From positions 9,769-73,768 of the IMG/VR virus record IMGVR_UViG_3300025917_000002: DNA of 64,000 nucleotides. One strand, 5' to 3'. Made by a program: the position numbers and the translations under genes. Positions 27,303 to 37,852 of the stretch are shown piece after piece. The stretch's first letter is position 1. Each line of letters starts with the position of its first letter. The notes beneath the pieces were generated by a model. That model did no database searches. It worked only from the letters and a program-made list of their open reading frames with translations, and was not told the origin of the DNA. The stretch comes from a virus.

Positions 27303-29714
27303 ATGAGCCTAGCAGAACGCTTCATCCCGTCCGCGATTCGCGGAATGTTCGGCGGAAACGGCGGCCAGCCGCCCGAAGAAATCGCCGAGCAGGAGCCACC
27401 GCCGATTTCCACCCAACTTTCGATCAACAAGGACGAGCTGGAGCGCATCCGGCTCCAAATCCACTCAGACTACGACCTCGCGCTCGACGACCACAACATT
27501 CGGCTCCGCCGATGCGCCCGCCAAGAGGAACTTTGGCGCAAAAAGCCCGGAATGCCCGGCGGCGAAACCGGCGAATCGAACTTCCGCGTTCCCATCTGCA
27601 CCGCCCTCATCTTCGCCAAGCACGCCCGCGAAATCGACGCGATGTTCGGTCCAAAAGCGAGCGTTTCGGCCACCCCGCGCGGCCCTTCGGACACTAAAGC
27701 GGCGAAAAAGGTGTCGATCGCGATGTCCTGGCAGGTCTTGGACAACATGAAGTGCATAAAACCCGTTGCTCTTTGGGCGCTCCGCCGCCTCAAGCACGGG
27801 CGTTCCTTCGCTTTCGTCCCCTGGGAGTCGAAATTCTACACCAAGTACGAAAATGGCGAGCGAAAACGGGTCAAATACCAATCATCTCCGATGATTTACC
27901 CCCTCGGAAACGACGAAATCATGCTCCCAGCCGACGTAGAAGGCTGTGACACCGTTCAGGACGCCCGTTGGGTGATGAGGCGCTACAAAACGACTCCTAC
28001 GGAGATGCTCCAGCGCGAATCCGTGCCCGGAGAGCCCCAAAACGAGGAAGGCGACTGGTACCAAGGGATTTCCGAGAACTTCGAGAAGATCGTTCGGCTC
28101 GGTCGGGACGGCATCAACCGCTACCAGATGTCCAACGAAGATCAATCGAAGGTTGTCGCGGATCGCGATGAGGGCGTCATGCGTGATATGAGCAGCTCCG
28201 TCCGCGAGTACGTCATTGTGGAGGAGCATTATATAAGGTGGAGGATGGAAGTGGGCGCGCCACCCGAGGAGGAAACCGATGAAGATACCGAACTTGAAAT
28301 TTCAGCCGACACTCCCGCCGATGCAGCGCAACCCGCAGGTACTTTTAAGGATGAGCAAGGCGTCGTCAGAGAAATGCTCGAAACTGATCTTGTCGTTCGT
28401 TACGTCCGAGATTTGCACCTCATCGTCGGAATCCAGCGGCTCGCCGAACTCTACCCGGATACGCCGAACAAGCGGCCCATCTTAGAGATGTCGCTGCTGA
28501 ACGACGGACAATACTGGTGCCAAGGCTTGATCGAACTGACCGAGGAGATCGAGCAGGAAATGTCCATCCTCGCGAATAAGCTGATCGAAGCCGTCGGCAT
28601 GTCCATTGCTCCGCCGATCTTCGTCGAACCTACCGTCGGCGAGAACTTCATGAACCGGAAGTATGGCCCCTACGACCTCATCCCGACCGCCAACGCCGCC
28701 GGTGTCCAGCAGATGAAGATCACGCCGCAGATTGAGTCCTTTGCGCAGCTCTGGCTCCTGTTCCAGCAAATCTACGAGCAAGTCACAGGCATCTCACAGG
28801 GGGTTTTTGGCCGGGCGATGGACCAGCCCAACGCCCCCCGCACGCTCGGGGGCCAGCGGCTCGTAGCCGCCGCAGGGGACGTTCGGCTCGCGCTCGACAT
28901 GCGAATGCTCGCCGAGGACCTCACGCGCGTCCTTGAGTGGATTTGGGACCTCTGGCGTATGATGGGCTCCGAGCAGGAGTTCTACCGCGTCGCGGAGGGC
29001 GATGCCCCGCGCGGCACCTTCAACACCGGCGAGGTCAACGAGGGCTTCGCTGCGCTCTCCGCCAAGGAGCGCGAAGCCAGCTACGACTTCTCCTTCCAGT
29101 TCGCAGATGACATGCAGCTCCGCGAAGGTAAGAAGCAGGAAATCCTGCTCGTGATGCAGGTCCTCTCGACCCTTCCGATCATCGCCACGAACCCCGCCGC
29201 TCAGTACCGCCTAGCTGTCGAGTTCTGCGAGGTCTTCAACATCGATTTCACGGAGATCATGGACGAGCCCCCACCGCTCTTTTCGCCGCGTCTGCCGTCG
29301 CTAGAGTGGACCCTTCTGCTCCAAGGTGAAGACATCAACATCCACCCCGCCGACGACGACCAAACCCACATCGACGACCACGAGAACCGCGTCACAGCGA
29401 TGTCGCTCGCTCCCGCCGAAGACCAGGACTGGGACGCGATCCTCGCGATGCGCGAACACGTCATCCAGCACCAACAGCAGATGCTTGCCAAACAGCAAGC
29501 ACAGGAAGTTATGGCCGGGCTGCAAGCGATGCTCGGCGTAGCGCAGGGGGGCGTGCCCGGCCTTGGCGGAGGCGGTGGCCTGCCCCCCGGCAATCCCAAC
29601 GCCCAAGGTATGCAAGGCGCGGGTCAGGCCGGACTCGGCGCGCTCGGCGGCGGCCCCACCATCGGTGGCGGCATGGGCGGGGGGATGGAGGGGATGGGGC
29701 CGGTCGGCGGGTAG
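27303..29714 (+). CDS. portal protein (podovirus/P22-like)
   Basis: About 800 aa, after terL; helical core, EQVTGIS..G..PRT motif, Gln/Gly-rich C-terminal tail. Confidence 0.85.
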   Translation: MSLAERFIPSAIRGMFGGNGGQPPEEIAEQEPPPISTQLSINKDELERIRLQIHSDYDLALDDHNIRLRRCARQEELWRKKPGMPGGETGESNFRVPICTALIFAKHAREIDAMFGPKASVSATPRGPSDTKAAKKVSIAMSWQVLDNMKCIKPVALWALRRLKHGRSFAFVPWESKFYTKYENGERKRVKYQSSPMIYPLGNDEIMLPADVEGCDTVQDARWVMRRYKTTPTEMLQRESVPGEPQNEEGDWYQGISENFEKIVRLGRDGINRYQMSNEDQSKVVADRDEGVMRDMSSSVREYVIVEEHYIRWRMEVGAPPEEETDEDTELEISADTPADAAQPAGTFKDEQGVVREMLETDLVVRYVRDLHLIVGIQRLAELYPDTPNKRPILEMSLLNDGQYWCQGLIELTEEIEQEMSILANKLIEAVGMSIAPPIFVEPTVGENFMNRKYGPYDLIPTANAAGVQQMKITPQIESFAQLWLLFQQIYEQVTGISQGVFGRAMDQPNAPRTLGGQRLVAAAGDVRLALDMRMLAEDLTRVLEWIWDLWRMMGSEQEFYRVAEGDAPRGTFNTGEVNEGFAALSAKEREASYDFSFQFADDMQLREGKKQEILLVMQVLSTLPIIATNPAAQYRLAVEFCEVFNIDFTEIMDEPPPLFSPRLPSLEWTLLLQGEDINIHPADDDQTHIDDHENRVTAMSLAPAEDQDWDAILAMREHVIQHQQQMLAKQQAQEVMAGLQAMLGVAQGGVPGLGGGGGLPPGNPNAQGMQGAGQAGLGALGGGPTIGGGMGGGMEGMGPVGG

Positions 29715-29715
29715 C

Positions 29716-29744
29716 TTGACAGGTGTATGTATGTATGTTATTCT
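29716..29744 (+). promoter_or_regulatory. sigma70-type promoter with TATG-repeat spacer
   Basis: TTGACA-17-TATTCT. Confidence 0.7.
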
Positions 29745-29750
29745 CGCCTC

Positions 29751-29930
29751 GTGTTGAAGGAACGATTAAACCTAAGCATAGGCGAAGAAGCGTCGCACGC
29801 CCTCTCCGACTTGTCCGAGCGCCTCAAGATGAGCAAGACCGCGATCATCGAGGCGGTGCTCATCGAGTGGGCGAAGCGGGAAAACCTAAAGAGCCTCAAG
29901 GCTCCCAAGAAAGGCGGTAGCAAGCGATGA
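29751..29930 (+). CDS. ribbon-helix-helix regulator
   Basis: RLNLSIGEEASHALSDLSERLKMSKTAIIEAVL; GTG 6 nt after the -10 box. Confidence 0.75.
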   Translation: MLKERLNLSIGEEASHALSDLSERLKMSKTAIIEAVLIEWAKRENLKSLKAPKKGGSKR

Positions 29931-31658
29931 AAGGCAGCGTCCCCTGTCCTCAATGCGGCAACCCAGAAACCGACTTGCTCAGCACGACCAACGACTACCG
30001 CAACTACTGCCCGGCTTGCGACGTGCGATTCAGCGATAAGGGGGAGTTTCCCCTAGAGAAAGTGGAGGCAACACCGATGAAAACCCTCGTCCTCAAAGTC
30101 GAACTTCGGGGTGAGAACATCAACGTCGATCTGGACAGCCCGATCATCGTGGGTGTCAAGGCGCTGTTGGAAGCAGCGATTCGTACAAAACGTACCGAGG
30201 AAACCTTGATTGATCTCGCACAGTGGAGTGAATGGGCAACAGGCGTTACCGCCGTCGAAGTCCGCTTCCAGTTCAGTGAGGAGTCCATAGATTGATGAGC
30301 ACCCCCGACGAACGCGGCGTCAACGAGGCCCTCAAGAGCTTCCAAAACTTTTGCCTCGACCAAATCGTCGCGGCTTGGTTCGCCGACGCGCCCGACCCCG
30401 CCGCCCTCACCGACGAAATGCTGGACAAGTGGGAGCGGATGATGCGTAGTCGCTACGGGCGGGCAGCACGGCAACAGTCAGAGGCAACTGGTATCATCAC
30501 GACCGGCGGCACGTGGCTGGATGATGTACTTGAGGAGAGCAAGAAGCGGATCAGGGCGTCCTTGGGTAGGGCGATTAAGGATGCCACACTGACGGCGCAA
30601 GCGGAACGCGAGAAGGCTAATTGATGACCATCGACGTAGTATCCCAATCCAAAGACTACCTCGAACTCTCCGACATCGAGTTCCACCCCCTCGTCCGCGC
30701 CAAGTTCCGCGAGGTCCTCGAAACGGAGGCTCGCAACCTCGAACAAGTTGCCCCTGACCGCCTGCTCAAGTTCCAGGGCCGCATCGAGATGCTGCGGTGG
30801 ATTCTTGACGCGATGCTCCCGAAGATTTTGGCCGAACAGCGCGAACGGGCGAAGGCTGCGGAGGCGAGCGAGTGAGCACTGAATACTGTCCAGTAGGACG
30901 TATCGACTGGCAGGAACTTATGGAGATGGTGCCCCCACCACCTCTACGATGGGATAGCGAGCAAGCTGTTACTCGGCGGTTATACGATGCGGAAACTAAC
31001 CGATATATTTGGGTCGCCGACACAAAACGGGGTGCGGTGTTTGAGTTATTCGGCTCGAACCAAGATGAGGACGGAGACGTTTCTATCAAGCGCATCAGCC
31101 AGTGGCTTGATACGGAGTTAGTAGAGCAATGACCCCAACCATCATCGTCCCTTCTTTCACGTGTCGCCACTGCCGCCGCCCCATCTCTCCGGCTTTCATC
31201 GCGTCGCTCGTCGGCACGAACCCTGCGAACGGTTACTTATGTGAGACGTGTATTGTGCGGGAGCAGGAAAACATGCACCGCCTCCAAGCCTCGCTCAACG
31301 AAGTCACGCTCGACATCGACGGGGCCGCCCCGCCCTGCGCGATCTGCGACACGATCAAGGGAGACGAGCGGGTGCTTGAAGACTACGAAGGCGCGAAGGC
31401 GTTCATGTGCAAGCCGTGCGCGGATGCTTACTTGGTTAGTAATCGAGATAAGCTGAAGGGGACGAAGCTCGAATGGGACTTGAAGCTAAAGTAGAACCGA
31501 CTGACCCTGATGTTTGCCCCAAGTGTCGAGGCGACTTGGGCTGGACCTTACGCGGCTCAATGGACGGCAACCCCTATCGCGGCAACGTCGCAACCTGCCG
31601 TGATTGTGATTACTTTTACGAGCCTAGTGAGGAGTGGCTGCGGATACATAAGCGATGA
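29927..31658 (+). CDS. run of six small hypothetical ORFs, several with CxxC
   Basis: 29927..30295, 30292..30624, 30621..30875, 30872..31132, 31129..31494, 31473..31658, all overlap-coupled. Confidence 0.6.
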
Positions 31659-33337
31659 CCAACGGCCTCGTCAGCATCATAATCCCCTCCCGCAGCGAGC
31701 AATTCCTCGTCCCCACGGTCAACGATTTGTTCGCCAAAGCGGTTGGTCCCATCGAAGTAATAGTGTGCTTGGATGGTGGGTCATGGCCTGATCCACCCCT
31801 ACCGTTCGACCGTGGAAGCCTCACTGTTATCCGCCATTCAGAGTCCCTCGGCACGCGCGCCGCGATCAACGCCTGCGTCGAAGCCGCCAGTGGCGAGTTC
31901 ATCATGAAGTCCGACGCTCATTGCTTGTACGCGGAAGGGTTCGATGAGGCCCTCAAAGCCTCTTGCTTCTCCAACCACGTCGTCGTCCCCCGCCGCAAGC
32001 GCCTTGACGCGGAGAACTGGCGCGTCGAGGAAACCAACCGGCCCGACTGCGACTACGAATACATCCAGTGGCACCCCACCGACTTCGGCGGTCGCGGCCA
32101 CAACATCGCCCGTTGGGAGGAGCGCAACCGGGATGAGTCGCTCAAGTCGATCCCGATCGACGACCTGATGGCCTTCCAGGCGAGCTGCTATTTCATGCGC
32201 CGAGACTACTGGAATTTCCTAGAACTGATGGACGAGTCCGCCTACGGCAAAACCCAAAACGAAGGAGAGGAGATCGCGCTCAAATGTTGGCTCAGCGCCG
32301 GGCGGGTAGTTATCAACAAGCTCACGTGGTTTGCCCACTTGTGGAAGGGCTCCCGCTACCCCCGCGACTACAAGTTCGAGCCGTCCGACCTCGCCCAAGG
32401 CGCGAGCGGCGTTCAGCGGTGGCTCACCGACTCCGCGTGGCCCAAGCAAACGCTCCCGTTCTCGTGGCTGATCGACAAGTTTAACCCACCCGGTTGGCCC
32501 CCCGATTGGCGCGCGCAGGTAATCAATGACCAGTCTCGGCCAGTACCAATATCGCACGGAAGCCGGAGCCCTGATGCCCCCGGCTCTCCGCTACCACAAC
32601 TGGATCAACCAAGCCCTGCACCGGGGCCACTGCCCGCTGAACGCGACGCTCCTAGTGCTGGGGTCGTTCTACCAAAGGATATACGGTCTATGAGCGATAC
32701 GCTTGCCCGCATCCTCGGCAAGTTCAACCTTGACCCGAGGGCTGATTACAGCAAGGTCACGATGCCCCTTACGTTGCGGATGAACCGCACGGAACTTGCC
32801 GCGTTGTTCGCCGAACTCGGTTTCACCGTGGGGGCGGAGATCGGCACGGCGGCGGGAGATTATGCAGAGACGCTCTGTAAAGCGAACCCCGATCTGCTGC
32901 TCCTACATTGTGTGGACAAGTGGCAACCTTACCACGGCTACACCGACCACACCCATAAGACGACGTTGGACGGATTTTACAATGAGGCTAAAGCGCGGCT
33001 CGCACCTTATCCCGTGTTTATGCACCGTGAGTGGTCGTTGGATGCGGCGAAGGAATTTGAGGACGGTTCTCTTGACTTTGTCTACATCGACGCGAATCAT
33101 AGGTACGAGTACGTCGTCGCCGACATCGCCGCGTGGCTCCCGAAGGTCCGCTCGGGTGGAGTCCTCGCGGGCCACGACTTCAACCAGTCCCGCCAGTCCC
33201 GCAAGAAGCTCTTTGGCGTCGTCGAGGCCGTCACCGGCTGGTGCTCCGCCTACAACGTAGCCCCTTGGTTCGTCTGCAAGGGCGAATGGGTTTCGGTCGG
33301 AGATAAGACGCCGAGTTGGTTCTGGGTGAAGCCATGA
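31655..33337 (+). CDS. GT-A glycosyltransferase (ppGalNAc-T/GT27-like) fused to class I SAM methyltransferase
   Basis: VSIIIP, MKSDAHC, EEIALKCWLSAG..WFAHLWK; Pro-rich linker; GAEIGT, DFVYIDANH.YE.V..DI..W.PKVRSGGVLAGHDF. Confidence 0.85.
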   Translation: MTNGLVSIIIPSRSEQFLVPTVNDLFAKAVGPIEVIVCLDGGSWPDPPLPFDRGSLTVIRHSESLGTRAAINACVEAASGEFIMKSDAHCLYAEGFDEALKASCFSNHVVVPRRKRLDAENWRVEETNRPDCDYEYIQWHPTDFGGRGHNIARWEERNRDESLKSIPIDDLMAFQASCYFMRRDYWNFLELMDESAYGKTQNEGEEIALKCWLSAGRVVINKLTWFAHLWKGSRYPRDYKFEPSDLAQGASGVQRWLTDSAWPKQTLPFSWLIDKFNPPGWPPDWRAQVINDQSRPVPISHGSRSPDAPGSPLPQLDQPSPAPGPLPAERDAPSAGVVLPKDIRSMSDTLARILGKFNLDPRADYSKVTMPLTLRMNRTELAALFAELGFTVGAEIGTAAGDYAETLCKANPDLLLLHCVDKWQPYHGYTDHTHKTTLDGFYNEAKARLAPYPVFMHREWSLDAAKEFEDGSLDFVYIDANHRYEYVVADIAAWLPKVRSGGVLAGHDFNQSRQSRKKLFGVVEAVTGWCSAYNVAPWFVCKGEWVSVGDKTPSWFWVKP

Positions 33338-33499
33338 AGTGGAAGGACGAGTCAAAGTTCTCGAAAAGCAAGCGTAAGTATTGGGTGAGAGCGCAAGGTG
33401 ATATTGCTGAGAGGTGGAAAGGTAGTGGCCCCAAACCCGAAACGAGAAGCGAGAAACGGAGGGATCGGTTAGCTCGTGGTATATTAGGCATAAAGAAAA

Positions 33500-35368
33500 A
33501 TGCGTGACCTCTCCATCCTCATACCTTCCCGTCAGGAACCATTTTTGCGGCACACAATCGAGGACATCCTCGCCCGCATCGAAGCGGACACGGAGATCAT
33601 CGCGGTCTGCGACGGGGCCTTGCCGGTAGAGCCGATAGATGACCATCCGCGTGTGAAGTTGGTGCTGCTCCCGAAGTCCATCGGTCAGCGTGCCGCCACG
33701 AACCTCGCGGCTCGAATGTCCAAGGCGAAGTTCATAATGAAGCTCGACGCGCACTGTGCGCTTGACCAAGGCTTCGACGTTAAGTTGATGGCAGATTGCG
33801 AATACGATTGGACGGTTGTGGGAAAAATGTATAACCTCCACGTCTTTGATTGGGCCTGCAAGGTCTGCGGCCACCGCCGCTACATGGGTCCACTCCCGAC
33901 CAAGTGCCTGAACGATGCTTGCCCCGGCACCGAGTTTGAGCAGATCATCGTTTGGAAGCCCCGGCTCCACCGCCTAACCAGCGCGTATCGGTTCGACGCT
34001 AACCTACATTTCCAATATTTTAGAGAGTACACCAAACGGCTCTTTAACGCAGGCAACCACGGCCTGCTCACCGATACGATGTCTCTGCTCGGAGCCTGCT
34101 GGTTTCTCCATCGCGATCGCTATTGGGAACTCGGTGGCCTCGATGAGCGGCACACATCCTGGGGCCAGATGGGCACCGAGATCGCCTGTGCCACTTGGCT
34201 CACGGGCGGTCGCCTCGTCTGCAACCAGAAGACGTGGTTTTCACACATGTTCAGGACGCAGTCGGGGTTTTCGTTCCCATACGAAATGGACGGCAAGGGT
34301 CAGGCTTACTCGCGGGTCCACTCGCGCTGGCTCTGGGTAGAGGGGAACTACCCGAAGATGCTTCGCCCGTTGTCGTCGCTTGTGGAGCAATTCGCCCCCG
34401 TCCCCGACTGGACAGATGAGGCGCTTGAGAACCTGAAGAAGATCGAACGTAAGAAATGGGGAGGTCGAAATGGACCACTTGTACCATTTTCTGGCGACGC
34501 TATCACTAATGGTCAGCCTCGGAGCGTTCTTAGCTCTGACCGCGCAAATAGTAGTAGGGGTAATCAGGCTCATCAAACCGCTGCGATAATCTACTACACC
34601 GACTGCCTGCTCGCCGATCCCATCTACGAAGCCTGCCAGCGCCAGCTCGCCCGCGCCTGTGGCACGATCCCTATCACGAGCGTCTCCCTCGGTAAAGGCA
34701 TAGACTTCGGCGAGAACATCATCATCCATCGGCAGCGGGGGGCGAAGACGCTCTTTCTCCAGCTTATCGCAGGGCTGGAGGCGAGCACCGCCGACTTTGT
34801 GTTCTTCTGTGAGCACGACGTGCTCTACGATAAGAGTTGCTTCGCATTTACACCACCGCGCGACGACGTTTTCTACTACAACGTCTCCCTCGTCCGCGTG
34901 AGCGCGGCTTCCGGTAAAGCCGTGGGCTATCAAGCGAAGCAGCTCTCGGGGCTGTGCGCGAACCGGCTGCTCCTGCTTGAGCACTACTACCGGCGTTTAG
35001 CGCGCATGGCCCTAACCTGTCGCCAAGTCGCGGGCGAAGGCCGCGAACTCCCCCCGAAGTGGCCCGACGGCCACTCCCGCTTCACTGGCTGGGAGCCCGG
35101 CGCAAACTCGCGCGCGGGGCACGAGGTTGATGGCTACAAGAGCGACGTTTGGCAATCAGCCGTACCCTACATCGACATTCGCGACCACGGCACGAACTTT
35201 AGTCGAACGCGCTGGAAGCGTTCCCTATTCTGGGACAAATCCACCTGTGAAGGCTGGCACGAGTTCGCCCCCGGCGAGCTAATTCCCGGCTGGCCGAGCG
35301 CCCCTGTTGGGTGCTTCAGCGAGTTCCTCGCCGACCTATCCAGCTATGTAGCTAACGAAAGTCCTTGA
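33500..35368 (+). CDS. double glycosyltransferase (ppGalNAc-T-like domain + second GT-A domain)
   Basis: LSILIP, MKLDAHC, YWELGGLDE..SWGQMGTEI...WLTGG...WFSHMFR; C-terminal IIYYTD...FVFFCEHDVLY. Confidence 0.85.
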   Translation: MRDLSILIPSRQEPFLRHTIEDILARIEADTEIIAVCDGALPVEPIDDHPRVKLVLLPKSIGQRAATNLAARMSKAKFIMKLDAHCALDQGFDVKLMADCEYDWTVVGKMYNLHVFDWACKVCGHRRYMGPLPTKCLNDACPGTEFEQIIVWKPRLHRLTSAYRFDANLHFQYFREYTKRLFNAGNHGLLTDTMSLLGACWFLHRDRYWELGGLDERHTSWGQMGTEIACATWLTGGRLVCNQKTWFSHMFRTQSGFSFPYEMDGKGQAYSRVHSRWLWVEGNYPKMLRPLSSLVEQFAPVPDWTDEALENLKKIERKKWGGRNGPLVPFSGDAITNGQPRSVLSSDRANSSRGNQAHQTAAIIYYTDCLLADPIYEACQRQLARACGTIPITSVSLGKGIDFGENIIIHRQRGAKTLFLQLIAGLEASTADFVFFCEHDVLYDKSCFAFTPPRDDVFYYNVSLVRVSAASGKAVGYQAKQLSGLCANRLLLLEHYYRRLARMALTCRQVAGEGRELPPKWPDGHSRFTGWEPGANSRAGHEVDGYKSDVWQSAVPYIDIRDHGTNFSRTRWKRSLFWDKSTCEGWHEFAPGELIPGWPSAPVGCFSEFLADLSSYVANESP

Positions 35369-35393
35369 CACACCACCCCTAGTGGGCTATGCT
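35365..35393 (+). promoter_or_regulatory. sigma70-type promoter for head genes
   Basis: TTGACA-17-TATGCT. Confidence 0.7.
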
Positions 35394-35440
35394 CGCCAAC
35401 CAGAGGGCCAACATGCTCTCGCGCTACGCCTAAAAACTTT

Positions 35441-36307
35441 ATGGCTAAAGAAACGGACGAAACCGAAGACACCACCGCAACCGAAGACCTCGACCAGCCC
35501 GACGAAGCAGCCGAGGATACCCAGCCACTTGAACTGCCCGACGATCCCGAAGAACTCAAGAAGTTCGCCACAAGCGCGGCTTCCGAACGAGAGCAACTTC
35601 GGCGTGAACGTGCGCAGCTCCAAAGCGAACGAGACAGACTAAAGGAACTGGAGGAGGAGCAACGTACCAAGGCTACCTATTGGGCCACGGACGCCGAAGC
35701 GAAAGCTGCCGAGTTGCGACAACTGAGAGGTAAGGCTACGAAGCAGCCCAAGGCTGAGGCCGCCGAAGCCGCTGAGGATGACGAAGAACTCGCCGTCCTC
35801 GCCGCCAACGGTATGAAGCTCAGCGACCTCAAGCGCATGTGGCAGGCCGACGCGGACAAGGCCGCTAAGCGAGAACGGGTTGAGGCCACCAATCAAGGCG
35901 CTCACGCCCGGCAGATCGTCACTGATTACCCCGATCTGGCTAACGACAACTCGCCGCTCTCAAAGGCGACGATAGCAGAGATGGAGATCATCAGCCGTGA
36001 CGACCCGACGCTTAGCGATCAGGCTACGTTCGAGCTGGCCACTCGCCGCTCTGCGGCGAGGTTGGGAATCGCACCGCGCAGCGTAGCGGCGGCCAACGGC
36101 AAGTCGCCCGAGGAAACCGAACGCGCGCGCAGGCGTGCGGCGCAGGGCGGCCCAACCGGCAAACCAGCAGCCTCGAAAGGCGCAGTCGTCGTCACCGACG
36201 CAGACCGAGCGATGGCCCGCAAGATGAACGGTGGTCAGGACGTGCCCGACAAGCTGTTGATCGAGGCAAAGAGGCGTCTAGCCGACGGCCAAGCGGCCCG
36301 TGCGTAG
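35441..36307 (+). CDS. head scaffolding protein
   Basis: Acidic N-terminus, coiled coil, basic C-terminal helix; upstream of capsid. Confidence 0.75.
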   Translation: MAKETDETEDTTATEDLDQPDEAAEDTQPLELPDDPEELKKFATSAASEREQLRRERAQLQSERDRLKELEEEQRTKATYWATDAEAKAAELRQLRGKATKQPKAEAAEAAEDDEELAVLAANGMKLSDLKRMWQADADKAAKRERVEATNQGAHARQIVTDYPDLANDNSPLSKATIAEMEIISRDDPTLSDQATFELATRRSAARLGIAPRSVAAANGKSPEETERARRRAAQGGPTGKPAASKGAVVVTDADRAMARKMNGGQDVPDKLLIEAKRRLADGQAARA

Positions 36308-36376
36308 CTCAAGTAGCAGTCGTTCTTCCAGAACTCCTTCCAAACGTCTCGTCCGCATCACGCGGAGCGAGAATCC

Positions 36377-37174
36377 ATGTCAAGTCAGCCGACCGAAGCA
36401 GCCGATGCACGGACCATCGGCCAGTACAACACCGATCCCCTAAACAAACAGCAACGTGGCCGTTTGCACTACCTCGGCTGGAAAAACGTAGACATCGCCG
36501 AGATGACCGTGGCCGGTGCGCTCGCCAATCTCAAGGCTGGTAGCGCGAAACCCGGCAGCAAAGCCTTTCTCAAGAACCAAGTTAATCCGTTGACTGGCAC
36601 CAAGGATGTCAGCGAGCTTGTCGGCAAGTATTCCAACGAGGAGATCGAGAAGCGTGCTGGCAACGCTCCGCTCCCAAGTGGTGTGCAGGTAACAGTCGAT
36701 GAGTTTACCCGTAAATGTCAGCAAGCGGCTACCGAACCCTTCGTCATGGACGAGTACACGGGCCGCGTGACCAAGGGCGCGGACCCGATGAACGCAATGC
36801 TCCATGAGATGGAGGAGCGTTATTGCGTTTATAAGGACGGGTTCGACAAGGAAGGTAAGCCCGTCAAGGTCCGAACCCCTACTCGACGCTTCCGCTTCAC
36901 CCATCCAAGTGAGCCGCCAGTCCTCGGGCCAGCGTGGGACCCCGTTTACGATCAAGTCACTGGTAAGCGCGTCCAAGTTGGAGAACTGTTCATGGTCTGG
37001 ATGCCGGTGGAAATCTACCAAGAGGGTCGCGAGAAGCCAAACCTTGAGCGTTCACGCCGAATGACCGGTGCGATCGAGAAGAACAAGTCCGACCAGATGA
37101 GCAGTGACGGCGAGAGCGCAAACGTCACCGAGGGCAAGTTTGAAATCGGTAAGTCAGAGGCGTATTACGCCTAG
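36377..37174 (+). CDS. head-module hypothetical protein
   Basis: Long ORF between scaffold and capsid genes. Confidence 0.7.
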   Translation: MSSQPTEAADARTIGQYNTDPLNKQQRGRLHYLGWKNVDIAEMTVAGALANLKAGSAKPGSKAFLKNQVNPLTGTKDVSELVGKYSNEEIEKRAGNAPLPSGVQVTVDEFTRKCQQAATEPFVMDEYTGRVTKGADPMNAMLHEMEERYCVYKDGFDKEGKPVKVRTPTRRFRFTHPSEPPVLGPAWDPVYDQVTGKRVQVGELFMVWMPVEIYQEGREKPNLERSRRMTGAIEKNKSDQMSSDGESANVTEGKFEIGKSEAYYA

Positions 37175-37265
37175 CGGCGGCAAAGCCGCCGGTCGGGGTT
37201 CTCGCTGAGTCGAGAGTCCATTCGATGGCCTCCAAGAACACGAACAAAAAAGAGAGGAACTGAAA

Positions 37266-37817
37266 ATGGCTAACGTTGACAACCCAAATGGATTTGCTTT
37301 CACCAGCTTGAACAACCCGAACCCCCCGGACACTAAGCAGTACGTCAAGCTCGTTGGCGTCGCGCAGGCATTCTTCCAACAGGAAGTTGCGTTCCAAGCC
37401 GCGTCGTCTACGCTCTCCGAGGGCAAGGGGGCGATTACGCCGCTTGGCACGCCTGGCACCACCGTCATCATGGGTGTCTGCCAGAACCGAGGTGCAGCTT
37501 CCCTCAAGACTCGCCACCACGTCATCGTTGACCCCCGCGCCGAGTTCATCGCGCAAGACGACGGCGACACTAACGGCGTCGATGCCACCGAAGCAAACCA
37601 GAATGCCAACGTCTCGCTTGGCGCAGGCAGCGCCACAACCGGCTTCTCCGGCAACGAAATCGACGAAGCCTCCATCGCCGTCACCCTCGGTCTCGATCTC
37701 CAGCTGATCGGGCTCGCCCCCGACGTGAGTGCGGTCGGAAACGCCTTCGGCAGCAGCCACGTCCGAATGATTTGCCGGTTCCACGTGAACCGATTTGCTC
37801 GAAGCGCCGGGCTGTAA
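37266..37817 (+). CDS. capsid cement/decoration protein
   Basis: MANVDNPNGF...VIVDP..F.AQ, Ala/Gly-rich; directly before the capsid gene. Confidence 0.7.
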   Translation: MANVDNPNGFAFTSLNNPNPPDTKQYVKLVGVAQAFFQQEVAFQAASSTLSEGKGAITPLGTPGTTVIMGVCQNRGAASLKTRHHVIVDPRAEFIAQDDGDTNGVDATEANQNANVSLGAGSATTGFSGNEIDEASIAVTLGLDLQLIGLAPDVSAVGNAFGSSHVRMICRFHVNRFARSAGL

Positions 37818-37852
37818 GCCTAGCGCCACTTTTATAAGTGAGGTAAACGAAA

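Noticed and set aside
37175-37260. Hairpin GGCGGCAAAGCCGCC as a riboswitch
   Set aside because: It lacks the remaining consensus of any riboswitch I can recognise; likely a simple stem-loop.
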